From Octopus sinensis (lineage: Eukaryota): a DNA stretch of 64,000 nt. Shown piece after piece: positions 12,177 through 25,190 of this stretch. Position 1 is the stretch's first letter. Each line of letters starts with the position of its first letter. The DNA lies in contig NC_043003.1 of the NCBI RefSeq assembly GCF_006345805.1, positions 59,024,001 to 59,088,000 on the forward strand. The letters are read 5' to 3'. A program made the position numbers and the translations under genes. A model generated the notes under the pieces. It worked only from the letters and a program-made list of their open reading frames with translations. It made no database searches and was not told the origin of the DNA.

Positions 12177-12487
12177 TATTTTTATTTATGCGCCCTTTTC
12201 GAGATTAGCCAGGCTCATGGGCCCGGTTTCCCGGTTTTTATGGCGTATGTGTTCCCCCCAGCTGGACGGGACGCCAGTCCATCGCAGCGTTACTCAAGAA
12301 ACAGGAAGAAATAGTGAGAGAAAGTTGGAGCGAAAGAGTACAACAAGGGTCGCCACCAACCCCTGCCGGAGCCTCGTGGAGCTTTAGGTGATTTCGCTCA
12401 ATAAACACACAACACCCAGTTGGGAATCGAAAACGCAATCCTCCGACCGCAAGTCCGCTGCCCTAACCACTGGGCTATTGCGCCTCC
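12177..12487 (-). mobile_element. SINE family C with 3' tail X (downstream unit of a dimer)
   Basis: Minus strand ggaggcgcaatagcccagtggttagggcagcggac...ttcgattccc...gctgcgatggactggcgtcccgtccagc...aaaagggcgcataaataaaaataaaaa. Confidence 0.85.
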
Positions 12488-12740
12488 AAAATATGCGCCC
12501 TTTTAAAGCCTAGTCAGGCTCATGGGTCCGGTTTCCCGGTTTCAATGGCGTATGTGTTCTCCAGCAGGACGGGACGCCAGTCCATCGCAGCGTTACTCAT
12601 TTTTGCCAGCTGAGTGGACTGGAGTAACGTGAAATGAAGTGTTTTGCTCAAGAAGACAACGCGTCACCCGGTCCAGGAATCGAAACCTCAATATTTCGAT
12701 CATGATGCTGACACCCTAACCACTAAGCCACGCGCCTCCA
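12488..12740 (-). mobile_element. SINE family B with the same tail X (upstream unit of a dimer)
   Basis: Minus strand ggaggcgcgtggcttagtggttagggtg...gtttcgattcctgg...gagtaacgctgcgatggactggcgtcccgtcc...aaaagggcgcat. Confidence 0.85.
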
Positions 12741-13184
12741 CCAAAGACATGTTTTACTCGCTCAATAAAGTTAATGCTGTTAGCTTAAGGAGATGAGTAA
12801 TTTGGTAGTGTTTTATAGTAAAACAAAGTTTATCGTTTTTAATAACTTTCGATACTCTTCGACACATGATGTATCCTACATACCGAACATTTTTGATTTC
12901 TTGACTATATTCTTGCGAACAGAGCAGAGAAATAAAAGAACGTAGCGATAATAAGTGTGAGTAACTTTAAAGAGGTAGAGAATTCCAAGAAATTTTGAAA
13001 GGATTTCACAGCTGAAGAAACATGCTTGAGGGGAAAATGTCGATCGGATTGTTCTTCATGAAGAAAGTATTAAATATTTCGGTGCTTCGGTGTATAACTA
13101 CGTGGTTCGGGTTCGATCCTACTGCGTAGTGCCTTTGACATATGACTTCTACTATATTTCAGGGTCCTCTTTTTATTCTCTCTC

Positions 13185-13322
13185 TTTTTTATTCTCTGTT
13201 TGTTCCTTTCTGTTGAAGAGCGTAAGCTCGAAACATAAAAGACTTTCTCACCTTCCCGAGCGTTAAACTAATACACCTGTTTGTTGTTTATACACTTGTC
13301 TTCGTCTTTTGCTTTTCTGTAA
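13185..13322 (+). mobile_element. Penelope-like terminal-repeat fragment with a hammerhead-like motif
   Basis: cttt-ctgttga-a-gagc-gtaa-gctc-gaaac-ata-aaag at 13206-13241; same family as 7605-7720. Confidence 0.55.
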
Positions 13323-13700
13323 GACTGTGTGGTAAGTGGCTTCCTTACTAACCACATAGTTCCGGGTTCAGTCCCACTGTGTGGCACCTTGGGCAAGTGT
13401 CTTCTACTATAGCCTAGAGCCGACCAAAGCCTTGTGAGTGGATTTGGTAAACTGAAAGAAGCCCGTTGTATATATGTATGTGTGTGTATATGTTTGTGTG
13501 TCTGTGTTTGTCACCCCCCCCCAACATTGCTTGACAACCGATGCTGGTGTGTTTAGGTCCCTGTAACTTAGTGGTTCGGCAAAAGAGACCGATAAAATAA
13601 GTACTAAGCTTACAAAGAATAAGTCCTGGGGTCGATTTGTTCGAATAAAGGCGGTGCTCCAGCATTGCCACAGTCAAATGGCTGAAACAAGTAAAAGAGA
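13323..13700 (+). mobile_element. SINE family A, near full length, followed by (GA)n and a partial second tail to about 13920
   Basis: gtgtggtaagtggc...gggttcagtcccactgtgtggcaccttgggcaagtgtcttc...gaaacaagtaaaagagagag. Confidence 0.85.
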
Positions 13701-14744
13701 GAGAGAGAGAGAGAGAGTAAAAGAGTAGAAAGTATAGAATAAATATCTGGTTATGTGTGTGTGTGTCTTTGTGTCTATATTTGTCCCCCTACCATCACTT
13801 GACAACCGATGTCAGTGTGTTTACGTCCCTATAACTTAGCTGTTCACCAAAAGAAGTGAGTACTGGAGTTGATTTGGTCGACGAAACCCCTAAGGTGGTG
13901 TCTCAGAAACAAGTAAAAGATTTGTTCCTTCTGAAACGAGAAGGACTGGCCGATACTAATGAAGTCAAACCGAGGTTGAAACACTTCACTAGGTACTCAA
14001 CAAATCCAAAACAATTATTAAATTGTCTTTGTCTTTCTGACGCAGGTTCATTCAACCGTAAAATTATTTCTCTTTCTGTAGCAATATTTCCTTTTCTCAA
14101 ATAGAGTTGATAACATTATTCTTAAGCATTTCATCCGTTCTTTGAATGCAGAGAAAATTTCAGGGGCACGGTCTTCAAGAATTTTAGTCCCCAGTACTTA
14201 CTTAAAAAAAAAAACAACAAAAAAACCTGATACTTACTCTACCGGTGTCTTTTCCCGAACTGCTAGGTTATGGGTATGTAAACACACCATGTCCAGCGGT
14301 AGAGAGGTGACAAACACAGGTGTAAGTATTCACACTTGCATACGTGAACACATGCGAGCAAGCACACGTACATACATGCATGAATTCATACACACACACT
14401 TTCACCCACCCCCACACCCCCACATACATATATGCGGCAGGCATATATATATATTTATATATATATATATATGTATGGAGAGAGAGAGAGACATGCACAG
14501 GCATAAATTTATTTACACATCTATACACACAGTCATATATATATATATATATAATATATATATATATATATACATACATGCACACGCGTACACTCATCTG
14601 TCTATTAAACTATCTGTCTATCTATCGCTGCTTATGTAGAAGACACTAACTCAATGCGACGCGTAATGTAATTGAATATACAGCCATGTATAGTGAAGCA
14701 AATTCCTTGATTACACAGTCAGCCATTCTTGGTTTTTTATTTAA

Positions 14745-14964
14745 CCCTCTAATATTTAAATCGGCCATATCAGGCCGAAATATTTTACCTGTTCTATGCT
14801 TAAACTGGCCAGATCCAGCCTCTTATTTGTATCCTATAATGTCGTTCTGAAAATATACAAACATATCATCGAAATATCGAAGCTACAAGATAATAGATGA
14901 TAAATTCAAAACAATGTGAATAAACAAGCATTACATTCGACAGAATAATCTGAATACGATAGGA
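14745..14964. mobile_element. piggyBac-type MITE, 220 bp
   Basis: Flanked by TTAA on both sides (14741-14744, 14965-14968); ends ccct.../...agga (degenerate aggg); no coding capacity. Confidence 0.65.
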
Positions 14965-15699
14965 TTAATCTTCCATGTGGCTGTAAGTTCATGAAAATAA
15001 CTACTATGAAGCTGATATATGATAAGTAACATTTCCAGGAGTTCCCAGGAGATTCTCACTGAGAAGCTAAACACGCCATGAACATATCCGACGCTGAGAT
15101 ATATCTCCTCCAACGGCATATGTATTCATGACCTAAAAATCGACTGTCCAATAGCTAATATATTCAGCCGTTTTGCTTCTCCTTTTGATAATTCAATTTA
15201 TGACTCATCATATGGCTGAAATGTTTCTAATGCGTATTTGTTAAGCGTTGGAGAATGGATTCTTATTTAGAAATTTTTAAATAAATAAGCGTTCCAGTTG
15301 AACCAATAAGGGGCTTCGTCTTATATCTCCCCTTAATTTATTAGAAACAGGAAGCGAATTTTCTGAAATACACCGTCTTCTTAAATATGAAAAACATTGT
15401 TTTCAAATTTGGTACATGGATATAAGTTTTGTATACTAATTATGAAAATGAAAATCCTTTTCCCTATAAATTTATAATTAAAATGTTATTAGCCTTTAAA
15501 GCTTGCAAAATGGGTATTTTAGCCATACGGAAGCGAGTATTTTACACACCACCGTCAAGTTCTGTTTGCATAGTAAGCAAAGAACTCTGTTTCCATAGTA
15601 ACCAAAGAGTGTAACCACCACGTGTTCCATAATTGTTTGTTTTCATAAGAGTAGGAATTTGAGTCGAGAACAGTATAGATACTTTAGAATAGCGACGAG

Positions 15700-16540
15700 A
15701 TGGCCACAACTTTAAACCCTTCCTATTTAGTGAGGACGGCAGAAGATGCAGCATATTTCTTCCAAGAGAAAGGAATTATACCAGAAAAAAAGATTTGTAA
15801 GAAAGGAAATCCCATGGGGAAAACAATTAATGGTAAATTTTACTGGCGTTGCTAACAGAGAGGCTGCAATGTGTCTGTGTCTCTCTGAAAAGATACCTGG
15901 TTGGAAGGTGGCTCCCTTTGTCTGAGAACAATACTTCTTGTTTTGTATGCCTGGGTCAAAGAAATGATCTCAGTCTGTTTTTGTACGGAAGAACTGGGTA
16001 TAGATCCGAGCACGGCTGTTCATTACAGCACTTATATTCGTGAGTTGTGTGAGGAGGACCTGCTCCTCAACGTAGTTTAGATAGGTGGTCCCGAAAGATC
16101 GTTGAGCTGGACGAACGAGTGTACTCAAAGCGCAAGTACAACCGAACGAGGATGGTATTTGAACAGTGGGTCTTTGGAGGGAAAATGTCGCGAGACGAGG
16201 GAAGTTTTCCTTTACGTTGTACCAAGTTGTAACCGCAAAACACTAGAGGACTCCATACGCCACTCAGTTCTTCCAGGAACCACTATTTTCAGTGACATAT
16301 GGCGAGTTTATTTCAAACATAAAACTGTGAACCATAGCATTGAATTTATAAACTCAAAAGATGGGACTCACACTCAACAAATTGAGAGTGCTTAGGCATC
16401 TTTCAAGCGTAGAAACAGACGCTGATGTGGGACACACCTTTCCATGGTTGACTCGTTTCTGCGAATTTATGTGGAGAAGGAGATATGAGAAAGATGATCT
16501 ATTTATAAAATCCTAGAATGTATTACAAATTTTCCTTCTT
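15700..16540 (+). mobile_element. Merlin (IS1016/IS1595-related, ISXO2-like DDE) transposase pseudogene
   Basis: From ATG 15700, through stops and frameshifts: MATTLNPSYLVRTAEDAAYFFQEKGII...WRC*QRGC...KDTWLEG...IGGP-KIVELDE..YSKRKYNR..EQWVFGG-CRETREVFLYVVP.CNRKTL..I..SVLPGTTIFSDIWRVY..HKTVNHS.EF....GTHTQQIES...EFMWRR, the diagnostic ISXO2-type motif order. Confidence 0.9.
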
Positions 16541-16572
16541 GAATTTTTTAACTAATAAATATCTGTTTTAAA

Positions 16573-16783
16573 TAATGTTTTGACTGTTATTTCTAGCAAC
16601 TGCAGTTGATTTGCTTGTAGGTTTTAAATATTTAATTTTCTCGTGTATGTTTTAATGTTTTTCCCTGTGTACTTTGTTCATGTATATTTTAATGTTTTGA
16701 CTTTTATTTCTAGCAACTCCAGTTGGTTTGCTAGTAGCTTTTAAATATTTGATTTGCTCGCGTATGTTTTAATGCTTTTCCCT
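16573..16783. repeat. Two imperfect 94-bp direct repeats (117-bp period) downstream of the Merlin ORF
   Basis: taatgttttgactgttatttctagcaactgcagttg... at 16573-16666 and taatgttttgacttttatttctagcaactccagttg... at 16690-16783. Confidence 0.9.
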
Positions 16784-17435
16784 ATTGTTTCTAATGCTTT
16801 GATATGCCGGCGTCCCACCACTTTCTCGCTGCTGTGACAGATGATGGAAGAGGCAGCGAACTCGCTGTTTTCTGCTTGGCAGAAAATTCTAAAAATTATC
16901 AAATTTTGAACGCCTGTAACATTTTTCGCAAAATTTTTCTAGAACAAATGAATAACAAATTCGGGTTCGACGTCACAAATTACGTCTATATGCTAGATTA
17001 AAAAAAAAATTGTTTGAAATATTTCGACATACAGTGATTCGAACCCCAAAGACCCCAGTTCCCGATATACAAAATGACGTGACGGCCATAGCTGGAACGC
17101 CTTTAGTTATATCTCTACTTTGTGCCCTTGAGTAAAACACATCATCTCACGTTGCTCTGCGATCACTTCGACACCTGACGCGTGACACATCGTGCAACAG
17201 TTCAGGCAACGTCAGTTTGATGGAGAGAGTGAATTAGTGTGCGACACAAACATTTAATCACTATAAACAAATCATTTGTGCAGCTCGTTCGGCAAAAGCT
17301 GAACAATCATACGTCGAAGACACATCGCAGCCATTCAGAAAACGCGAAAAACTGTTTACTCCGCTCAAAAATTAATTGCTGGTAATATGATGTCAACATT
17401 TTCGTCGTTCGAAACTGTGACCTGGTTACTTACAG

Positions 17436-17505
<70 letters not shown>

Positions 17506-19825
17506 AAATAAATCATCGTGTGTACGGTGAACAGCGAGAGCCAAAACGAGCATTCGTATATTTATTCTTTATACGTTCTGAAGGATTCGAACGTGAATAT
17601 GCTAATCGCTGTTGTATTTCGTTGCAGAAGAACAACTTAACTTTACGACGATTGTGTTTTCATAATACATACGCAAACACACACACACACACACACACGA
17701 AGCATACACATATATTTTTATATATTTATACATACACGTGACATATCGAGCAGTTTCCTCTGCCAAGTTTCTCTCTTAAACATCTGTAGACGCGAAAACA
17801 TTGTAAAAGGCACTTGCGCAGGATATAGCGCAGAGGGATTAAACGCAGGATTAAATAGCTATGATCTTCTTCATCTCACAACACTTGCATAACCATAAAT
17901 AACATATCCTTCAAGAGCTACGCTGTGTCGATATGCAGGCATAAGTATATTGAATACAAAGTCTAATTAAAGCATATATTTAGAAAACTCATATGTGAAA
18001 GGAGGGTTCTATACGTTTATTCGACTTGCAAGATTGACGATCAAATCTCTATTAAATAGCACTCCAATCATTGATTTAATCGAGGTTTATAGAAAGTACA
18101 TGTAGGAGATGGATCCCCAGGCATACTCCGACAAAGGCAGCGTGATCACATTTGTCTTCTTGATATGGTTAAAAAAGGCGACAATAGATTAGTAAAATAG
18201 GTTATTACAGCCCTCATGCTTGCTTTGGATTTCGATTCGAGTTATTTCACATGACATGATTGACTAAACTTTACAATGACTACACTTGACTTATTCGTAG
18301 GCGTTGCAGAGTTAAAGCAAATATACAAGTTTAAATTCTGGTTTAAATAATTTCATCCTATATTTGAAGCAATCTGCATTTAACTGAGTCCGATATTCTG
18401 TGTTATATTCCCAATGAAAATCAGTTCATCTAATTTATTTACTTATTCGTTTGGGCATAACATCAATTTTCTCTTTTCTCTAATAATATGAGTTTTATTG
18501 AAAGTCAGATGAAAGGTATGTATTTGAAAATCAGGTGGCACACGACCTAGATCTACGACTGAGATCAACCGAGATCTTATCGTCGTTTCGACTGTTGGTT
18601 ATTGCCCTTGAGAAAGTACGAACCTCCGACGAGCTTCTTTCCTCTTTCCTATAAGTATCGAGCCATTGTATCTTCATAAGAAATCAATATATACTTGAAC
18701 GCCTTAGACTAGCGAGCAATGGATTAGGTTATTGACATATGTTCCCAAGTTTATCCTTGCCTTCAGTCAATTGAAAATTCGGTGCTCGCTTAATATACAA
18801 AGCTAAGAGCAAAACTTTTCAGGAGTTATAGTCGATTTTATATCGAAGGAACACTTGCAAGTGCCTTAAGCACCTGAATTCCTACAAGGAAACATTATAA
18901 ATTCAATAAGTAAACATTCGGGCTATTTGCAAGTGTGTTTCTAACCTAAGTTACCTAAGTTAGGTGTTAGGTGATGAACTCATTTCATAATAAATCAACG
19001 AATAAAAATGAATTATCTACGCTATGTTACAAAGACAAATACTAAATTCAGAAATATATGTTAAAATATGTTTTAATGAAAATGCTGCACTTTGAAAGAA
19101 AACTAATGGAAAAATCAGTGTTTGTGAATAAAAATTTTATATTAAGAGAACTAGTTCAATCGGAGGGGTAATAAAGTTGACCTGTCTGCAGGGCAACAAC
19201 AGAGTAAGTCTAAAAGTTTTGGTAGAATGAAAATACATTATTGAATAAATAAAACAAAAATAACTATTTGCTATTATTATATATCACACCAGTACTAGAA
19301 TTTTCTGATTCTTTCAACAGTAATATTTATATTTTCTACTGTAAAGACAGTGATGTTGGAGAGCAAAAAAAAAAACAAAAAAACATTTTCCTGAATGTCT
19401 TACCACAAAAAAAAATAAAATGCATTTTCTCCCTCTAGGCCCTAAAGTTCAGAGTTTATCAAATATGTCATCCTTCCTCACACCTGGAGTAGAAAAATAT
19501 AATTTCTTTTTGAATAAGTACAAATTCATTATGTTTTAGGTAAAAAAAACTAAGATATTTTCAGATTCATACCTTTCCCAAAAGCATTTACAAGTTATTA
19601 AAAGGATCCGGGCGGTTTTATTCAGCCAGGAGCTTACCTCTTTCTTTGCAATTCTCACCATTATGGTAAATATTAGCGGTTTGTGTTCAACGTGCGTAAG
19701 GTTTCGAGCCATTTGAGTGCCGCACAGCAGGTCGATATTTTCACAATTTCCATTGCATTGTGCTTATGGATAACTCGCTAATCATGCAACAATAGTGTTC
19801 CTCTTTCAACATTACAAAAGGATAA

Positions 19826-20111
19826 GCTGGCGTGGTGGCAGAAATGTTACACACCGGGCGAACTGCTTAGCGGTATTTCGTCTGCCGCTACGTTCTGAGT
19901 TGAAATTACGCCGAGTTCGACTTTGCCTTTCATCCTTTCGAGGTCGATAAATTAAGCACCAGTTTCCGTCTATCAAATCCACTGACAAGGCTTTGGTCGG
20001 CCCGAGGCTATAGAAGAAGACATTTATCCAAGGTGCCAGGCAGTGGGACTGAACACAGAACCATGTAGTTGGTAAACAAGCTACTTACTACACAACCACT
20101 CCTGCGCCTAT
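19826..20111. mobile_element. Truncated SINE D (+) fused to the head half of SINE A (-)
   Basis: D runs to ...aattaagcaccagtt, which overlaps (microhomology cagtt) the A sequence cagtttccgtctatcaaatcc...cctgcgcctat. Confidence 0.75.
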
Positions 20112-23100
20112 GTCAACTTTTAAAGTGAAGTTTGTATAGTTAATTATTTTTACCTCTAATTATAGAAAGCATACGATCAAACGAGGCGTCTTCTATAGAG
20201 TTGCAAGATCTGCTGGAAACAGGTGTGGGAATATTCTTATTCACAAGTCTGTTCAATTAGAGCTGTCTTAGAGCTAAGCAACAACATCAAAAACAGCAGT
20301 AATTTCTGAGAACTTGTTTGTGGTAGTTCAACCAGCCTGGCATAAATAGTAGCCAAATCTCACATAGCACCCTACAGGATAAACTTACAGATATAGAAAA
20401 AAATCGGGATTGTTTCAGTTGGAACAACTTCGATCATATGTCTTTATGAACATGGTTGACTTGTGGCTAAAGAGTAACTTTGAAAACATCAACAGCAACT
20501 AGTACAATATTTTATCAATGTAAAAAAAACAAAAAACAACTTGTAACTCTTCTATTGAGCATTAAATTCATAAGTCAAACGAATATAAACGAAGAATGTG
20601 TTGCATTTACTATAACTTCATAACCATGTATAGAGCTGTAACAAGTTTTAGGTATAAAATGAATAATAGATTTGCTCAGCCTCATATTTTGGTTAACAGT
20701 TTTGAAACGGCGAGCCACAGATTTTTATAAATGAAATTTAATGTATTAGAAAAATCTTCAATAATGCTCATGCGCCTAAAAATATGTGCTATTCATGATT
20801 TTACTTACAGAAATTGCAACTAATAAAACAAGATATAAGCAATAATTGTTTTAGTTTTTATTCTCAATGCTTAACTTTAAAACAGTTTTTGGTATTTATT
20901 TTGCTTGCTCTTCATTTAGCAACGAGTTTTCATCGAATCAACGTAAGATAGATAAAATTAATAATTATATTAAAATATACTATTTCATATCTCGTATTAT
21001 AATAATATATTGTAAATATATAACAATATTAATGATAAAAATAACAACAATAGCAATAATAGAAATTTTTTTCTATCGGCTGAGTCAATTGAAAGACTAT
21101 AAATACATATCCGACTCTAAGGATAATTAACAATGGTCAACGATGGCAAAAGATATTTAATAAAGTTCCCAAACCTCAATAAATTAACATGCATTAAAAA
21201 TGATTAACATTTGGATAGTTTTTTTTATGACTGCACAGACACTGTAGGTGCTTGAAACCTATATCCTTATTGCCATCATGTTTTTTAAATGTTTAGGATT
21301 TTAAGATATACCAAGTATATAGTTGTGGTATAGATTCTTTTGAAATTGTGGTTGCACTAGGAACATTGTTATGTGAAAATTCTACTGTCTTCCAAAGGAT
21401 GCATACAGAACAGCGAGAGTCTAAAGAATAATGTATGTATTTATTCTTAATATTTTATGGCAGATTGGAACGTCAATATTTGATCACTGTGGTTTATCAC
21501 CCTCGGAGCATGCCTCTTCCCTTGGGCAAGGTGTTTTCACAACAGATAGAATTCAACAGTCCACCCTAGTGTGAGAAGTCTTCCAGACACCTTGGTGTTT
21601 CGAGATTGTTGTGTGCCTCCTCAGTCGAAGCTACCTCACAGTCGGACCGATGCATCTGACAAGAGCTGCTCTGTGTGTACCCCAAGAATTATTATCTGTT
21701 CGGCAGACATCTGCAAACACCAACAAATAATGTGCTTGTTGATTCCTATAAAAAAGAGCTGGTGCACACACACACACACAATAAGGTACATTTATCTACA
21801 TGGTATTAACTATGCGAATATACTATTTTTACAGGTCAAAATTATTGACACAATGACGGGCAAAATTCTTCGCCTTATGATTTTGTTTACAGCAAAACAA
21901 ATTTATACAACTATTCTCATTTGGAGAATTAGCGATTTTTTGAAATGTCAATATTTGTTAGACTTTGTCGCCTCTCTAATAAAGTTTACAGTTTAACTAA
22001 GTTACAACATGCACGAGTTGAGATTAATCTTTAACTATTACAAATGAGCAAAAAAAAAAAAGCATCCATTCTATTTTTCAGTTGAGATAACTGCACACAT
22101 CTGTGTCGCGTGTGTCTTCTTTAGTAGAAAGTAAAGTACCTTGAAGTCAAGCTGTTCTTTCCCTAACTCTTATCTTCAGTAGCTAAAATGTAGTTTGAAT
22201 CCATTATGAGGTCACTTAGAGGTTAAGCACTTTTATCTGCTAACTCAGAGATGATATTCACAAAAATGTTTTCAAAGTACTACAGTTCGCTAGAATCGAC
22301 TCCTTACAAGTATACAAGCTCTTCTTTTCGATATGGTAGTTCTGTAAGTATGCCATATGGTGTTGACCTAGTGATTACAAATGCCAATTAGGTCGAGAGG
22401 ACCTAATTCTTCTTTGCTACTTTATTGGCTTCGTGGAGCGTCAACCACATAAACACCAAATACTACACACATGCAATTGTTAAAAACGTCAGTCTTTGAT
22501 CTTGCCGCATAAAAGATGACCAAAGAATAGGCCACCGAGTGGCCGTTGAACCACAACTAGACAAATTAGCGCCTTCATAAATAGACAAGTGGTGAAATGG
22601 GGTGCGAACTTGAACGGTTATAGAATTCCTATCTCTTCGATAGATTCCTCTTTAGTACAAACACAACAAACCTTCTGGACTGTTGAAAACAAGTACCTTA
22701 AACGATCGAATTATATGAGGGAAAAGGAGTTAATATGAAAATACCTAAAAGCATACCATTGTTGTACGGACAGAATTAATCGACACGTTAATATTATTCA
22801 TTCATTCACTTATTTATTAATTCATCATCATCATCATTATCATCATTATTATAATTTAACATAGTCAGTGTAGAAAGAAAAGTACACTTGGTCTTTTTGA
22901 TAATATTCAAGACAATTCAAGCAAATGGAGGAAAAAAATTATGAAATTTTGACTCATAAGCTTGCTCCCAATTCTTTCAAAAAAAATGAACTCCGCTAAA
23001 GGTATCAAGGAATGAGACAATGCTTGTTAAATTACAGATTAAAATCTATGTTAGTCGTACTTTTCCTGAGACAAAGCAGTTCCAAATTAGATTTGAAATT

Positions 23101-24219
23101 CTTTGACAATCCCATTTTCTTATAAACTTACGTGTAAAAAATTATATTTACCATCAGTATCTTTGTAGCGATGGCCGCGAAATTAAGAACATTGTTTCTG
23201 GTTTTGTTTTCGAACCCACTGTGCAGCGTTTGGGAGAAATGTGTTTTACAATACACTCGGGATGACCAATACTTTGTAAGTGGAATTTTGCTGACGACAA
23301 ATGTTCAGAAACCCATGTGTATAATGGCAAGAAAACCGAAACGAAACTCACACCCTGCAAAACCTAGTGAGTTTCCGTACGAAGTTTTCTGCTATTATTG
23401 CTTGTACCTTGTTAACGGACATTTCCTTGTCATTCTCACCAGCCCAAATGTAGTTAATCAGTGATGAGTTGGTTGCACACCTCTAGCTAACGAGGTTCAT
23501 GATTTGATAGAATTTATATTCATAAACAAATGCTAAAATATTAATATTAATATTAGTATTTTCCAGAAAACTATCTAGTAATAGGAAATTTCTCAACTTA
23601 ATGCCCACATATACGTATTACATAAGAATGTATAAAAAGCAATTGGCAGAATGTGTAAGAACGACAGACGACAAAATTGACGATTTTATTCCGTATCTTT
23701 TCTTTCTGAGCTCAAATCTCATTTTCATCCTTTCGAAGTTGATAAATTAACAATCAATGGCAGGATGAGGGTGTCTTAACTGTATTGTGAATTAATCATC
23801 CGCCACTGATTCAATTGTGTAGTAGACCTCTATCTGGTACTTGGATGTCTTTTATGGAGTCCATTCGATTGCAAAAATTTGGGCCAAGTTTTCAATCAGA
23901 GGATATTTCACTTCCCCTATTCCCATTGGTCCCTTTAAAAAGAATATAGTCACTGTTCCTTCTATTGATTAAGCGATTAAAAAAACAAAACATTTTCTTA
24001 TTTACCTATAGCTTATAATAGACGCTAACATAAGCAGAAAATAAAATATTGAAATGATTGTATACCCAAGTATATTACTAGAAACAAATGCAAGATTTGG
24101 TTGGAGGAAGGAAGAAACTCGAGTCCTTGTGGGATTTCAAAAGTTGGACGTGTGAGTTTTAAAGGAATAACGAAATTATATACACCTGTGTCTGATTACT
24201 CATTTGAGCTAGCTAACTG

Positions 24220-24291
<72 letters not shown>

Positions 24292-24369
24292 TTATCTTTC
24301 TATCTATCTAGCTAGTTAGCTGGCTGGCTAATACACTCAATAAAACCATGATGTTAGGGTTTCGGATTT

Positions 24370-24401
<32 letters not shown>

Positions 24402-24415
24402 CCTTTCTATTATCT

Positions 24416-24616
24416 CTGTTGTCATCGGAGCATTGCGTTCAATACTATCCTATCTGAAAAAAACAGCTGAAAACTTTAGAAATACCCTACAATCTAGGTG
24501 TATTGCAAAAGTCGGCATTACTGCACGTATATTGAGTAAAGTACTGTCTGAGGTTGTGACTTGATAAACAATATGTTCAATCAACAACCTCACGATATTG
24601 TATTCTGTGCGACGTC

Positions 24617-24617
<1 letters not shown>
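24416..24617 (+). mobile_element. 5'-truncated Dong/R4-type non-LTR retroelement (RLE C-terminus plus 3' UTR) within (TAA)n
   Basis: Translates VVIGALRSI...QLKTLEIPYNLGVLQKSALL...ILSKVLS; 3' ctgtctgaggttgtgacttga matches about 29071-29098; (TAA)n at 24371-24400 and 24618-24668. Confidence 0.75.
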
Positions 24618-24668
<51 letters not shown>

Positions 24669-24671
24669 GTA

Positions 24672-25190
24672 ATGTTCCTTTCTGCAATAGGCACAAAAAT
24701 TTTGGGGTAGGGGATAAATCGATTATATCGGGTCAAGTGTTCAACTGGTACTTATTTTATCGACCCTGAAGGATGGAAGGCAAAGTCGACGTCGGCGGAA
24801 TTTGAACTTAGAATATGAAAGCGGACGAAATGCCATTTAGCACTTTACCCACCGTGCTAACAATACTGCCAGTTCGCCATCTTCATAATAATAATAATAA
24901 TCTTTTCTAATAAATGTAGAAGGCCTGAAACATATACATATTTTTGGAGTGGAGTGGCTTGTGTAGCCGGTAACATCGATCCCAATGTTTCACTTGTACT
25001 TAATTTATCGACCCCGAAAGGATGAATGGCAAAGCTGACCTCGGCGGAATTTGAACTCAAAACGTAGCGACAGACGAAATACCTATTTCTTTACTACCCA
25101 CAAGGAGCTAAACACAGAGTGGACAAACAAGGACAGACAAACGGATTAAGTCGATTATATCGACCCCAGTGCGCACCTGGTACTTAATTT
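24672..25190 (-). mobile_element. Cluster of SINE D units with (ATT)n tails
   Basis: The minus strand contains the junction gtagtaaagaaataggtatttcgtctg and tails ending gaaaag/gaaagg followed by att repeats. Confidence 0.8.

Noticed and set aside
12430-12740. tRNA genes in SINE heads
   Set aside because: A/B boxes are present, but I could not form a complete cloverleaf and the sequences run directly into SINE bodies.
17950-18260. Possible GIY-YIG-like peptide (KVHVGDGSPGILRQRQRDH)
   Set aside because: The resemblance is too weak and fragmented to call.
19638-19780. Strong minus-strand donor (AAAGAG|gtaagc) with a Cys-containing upstream frame
   Set aside because: No convincing acceptor, and the EGF-like wording is split over different frames with stops.
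21290-21996. 141-aa ORF and nearby exon-like sequence
   Set aside because: No recognisable domain in any of six frames; alternative frames contain stops.
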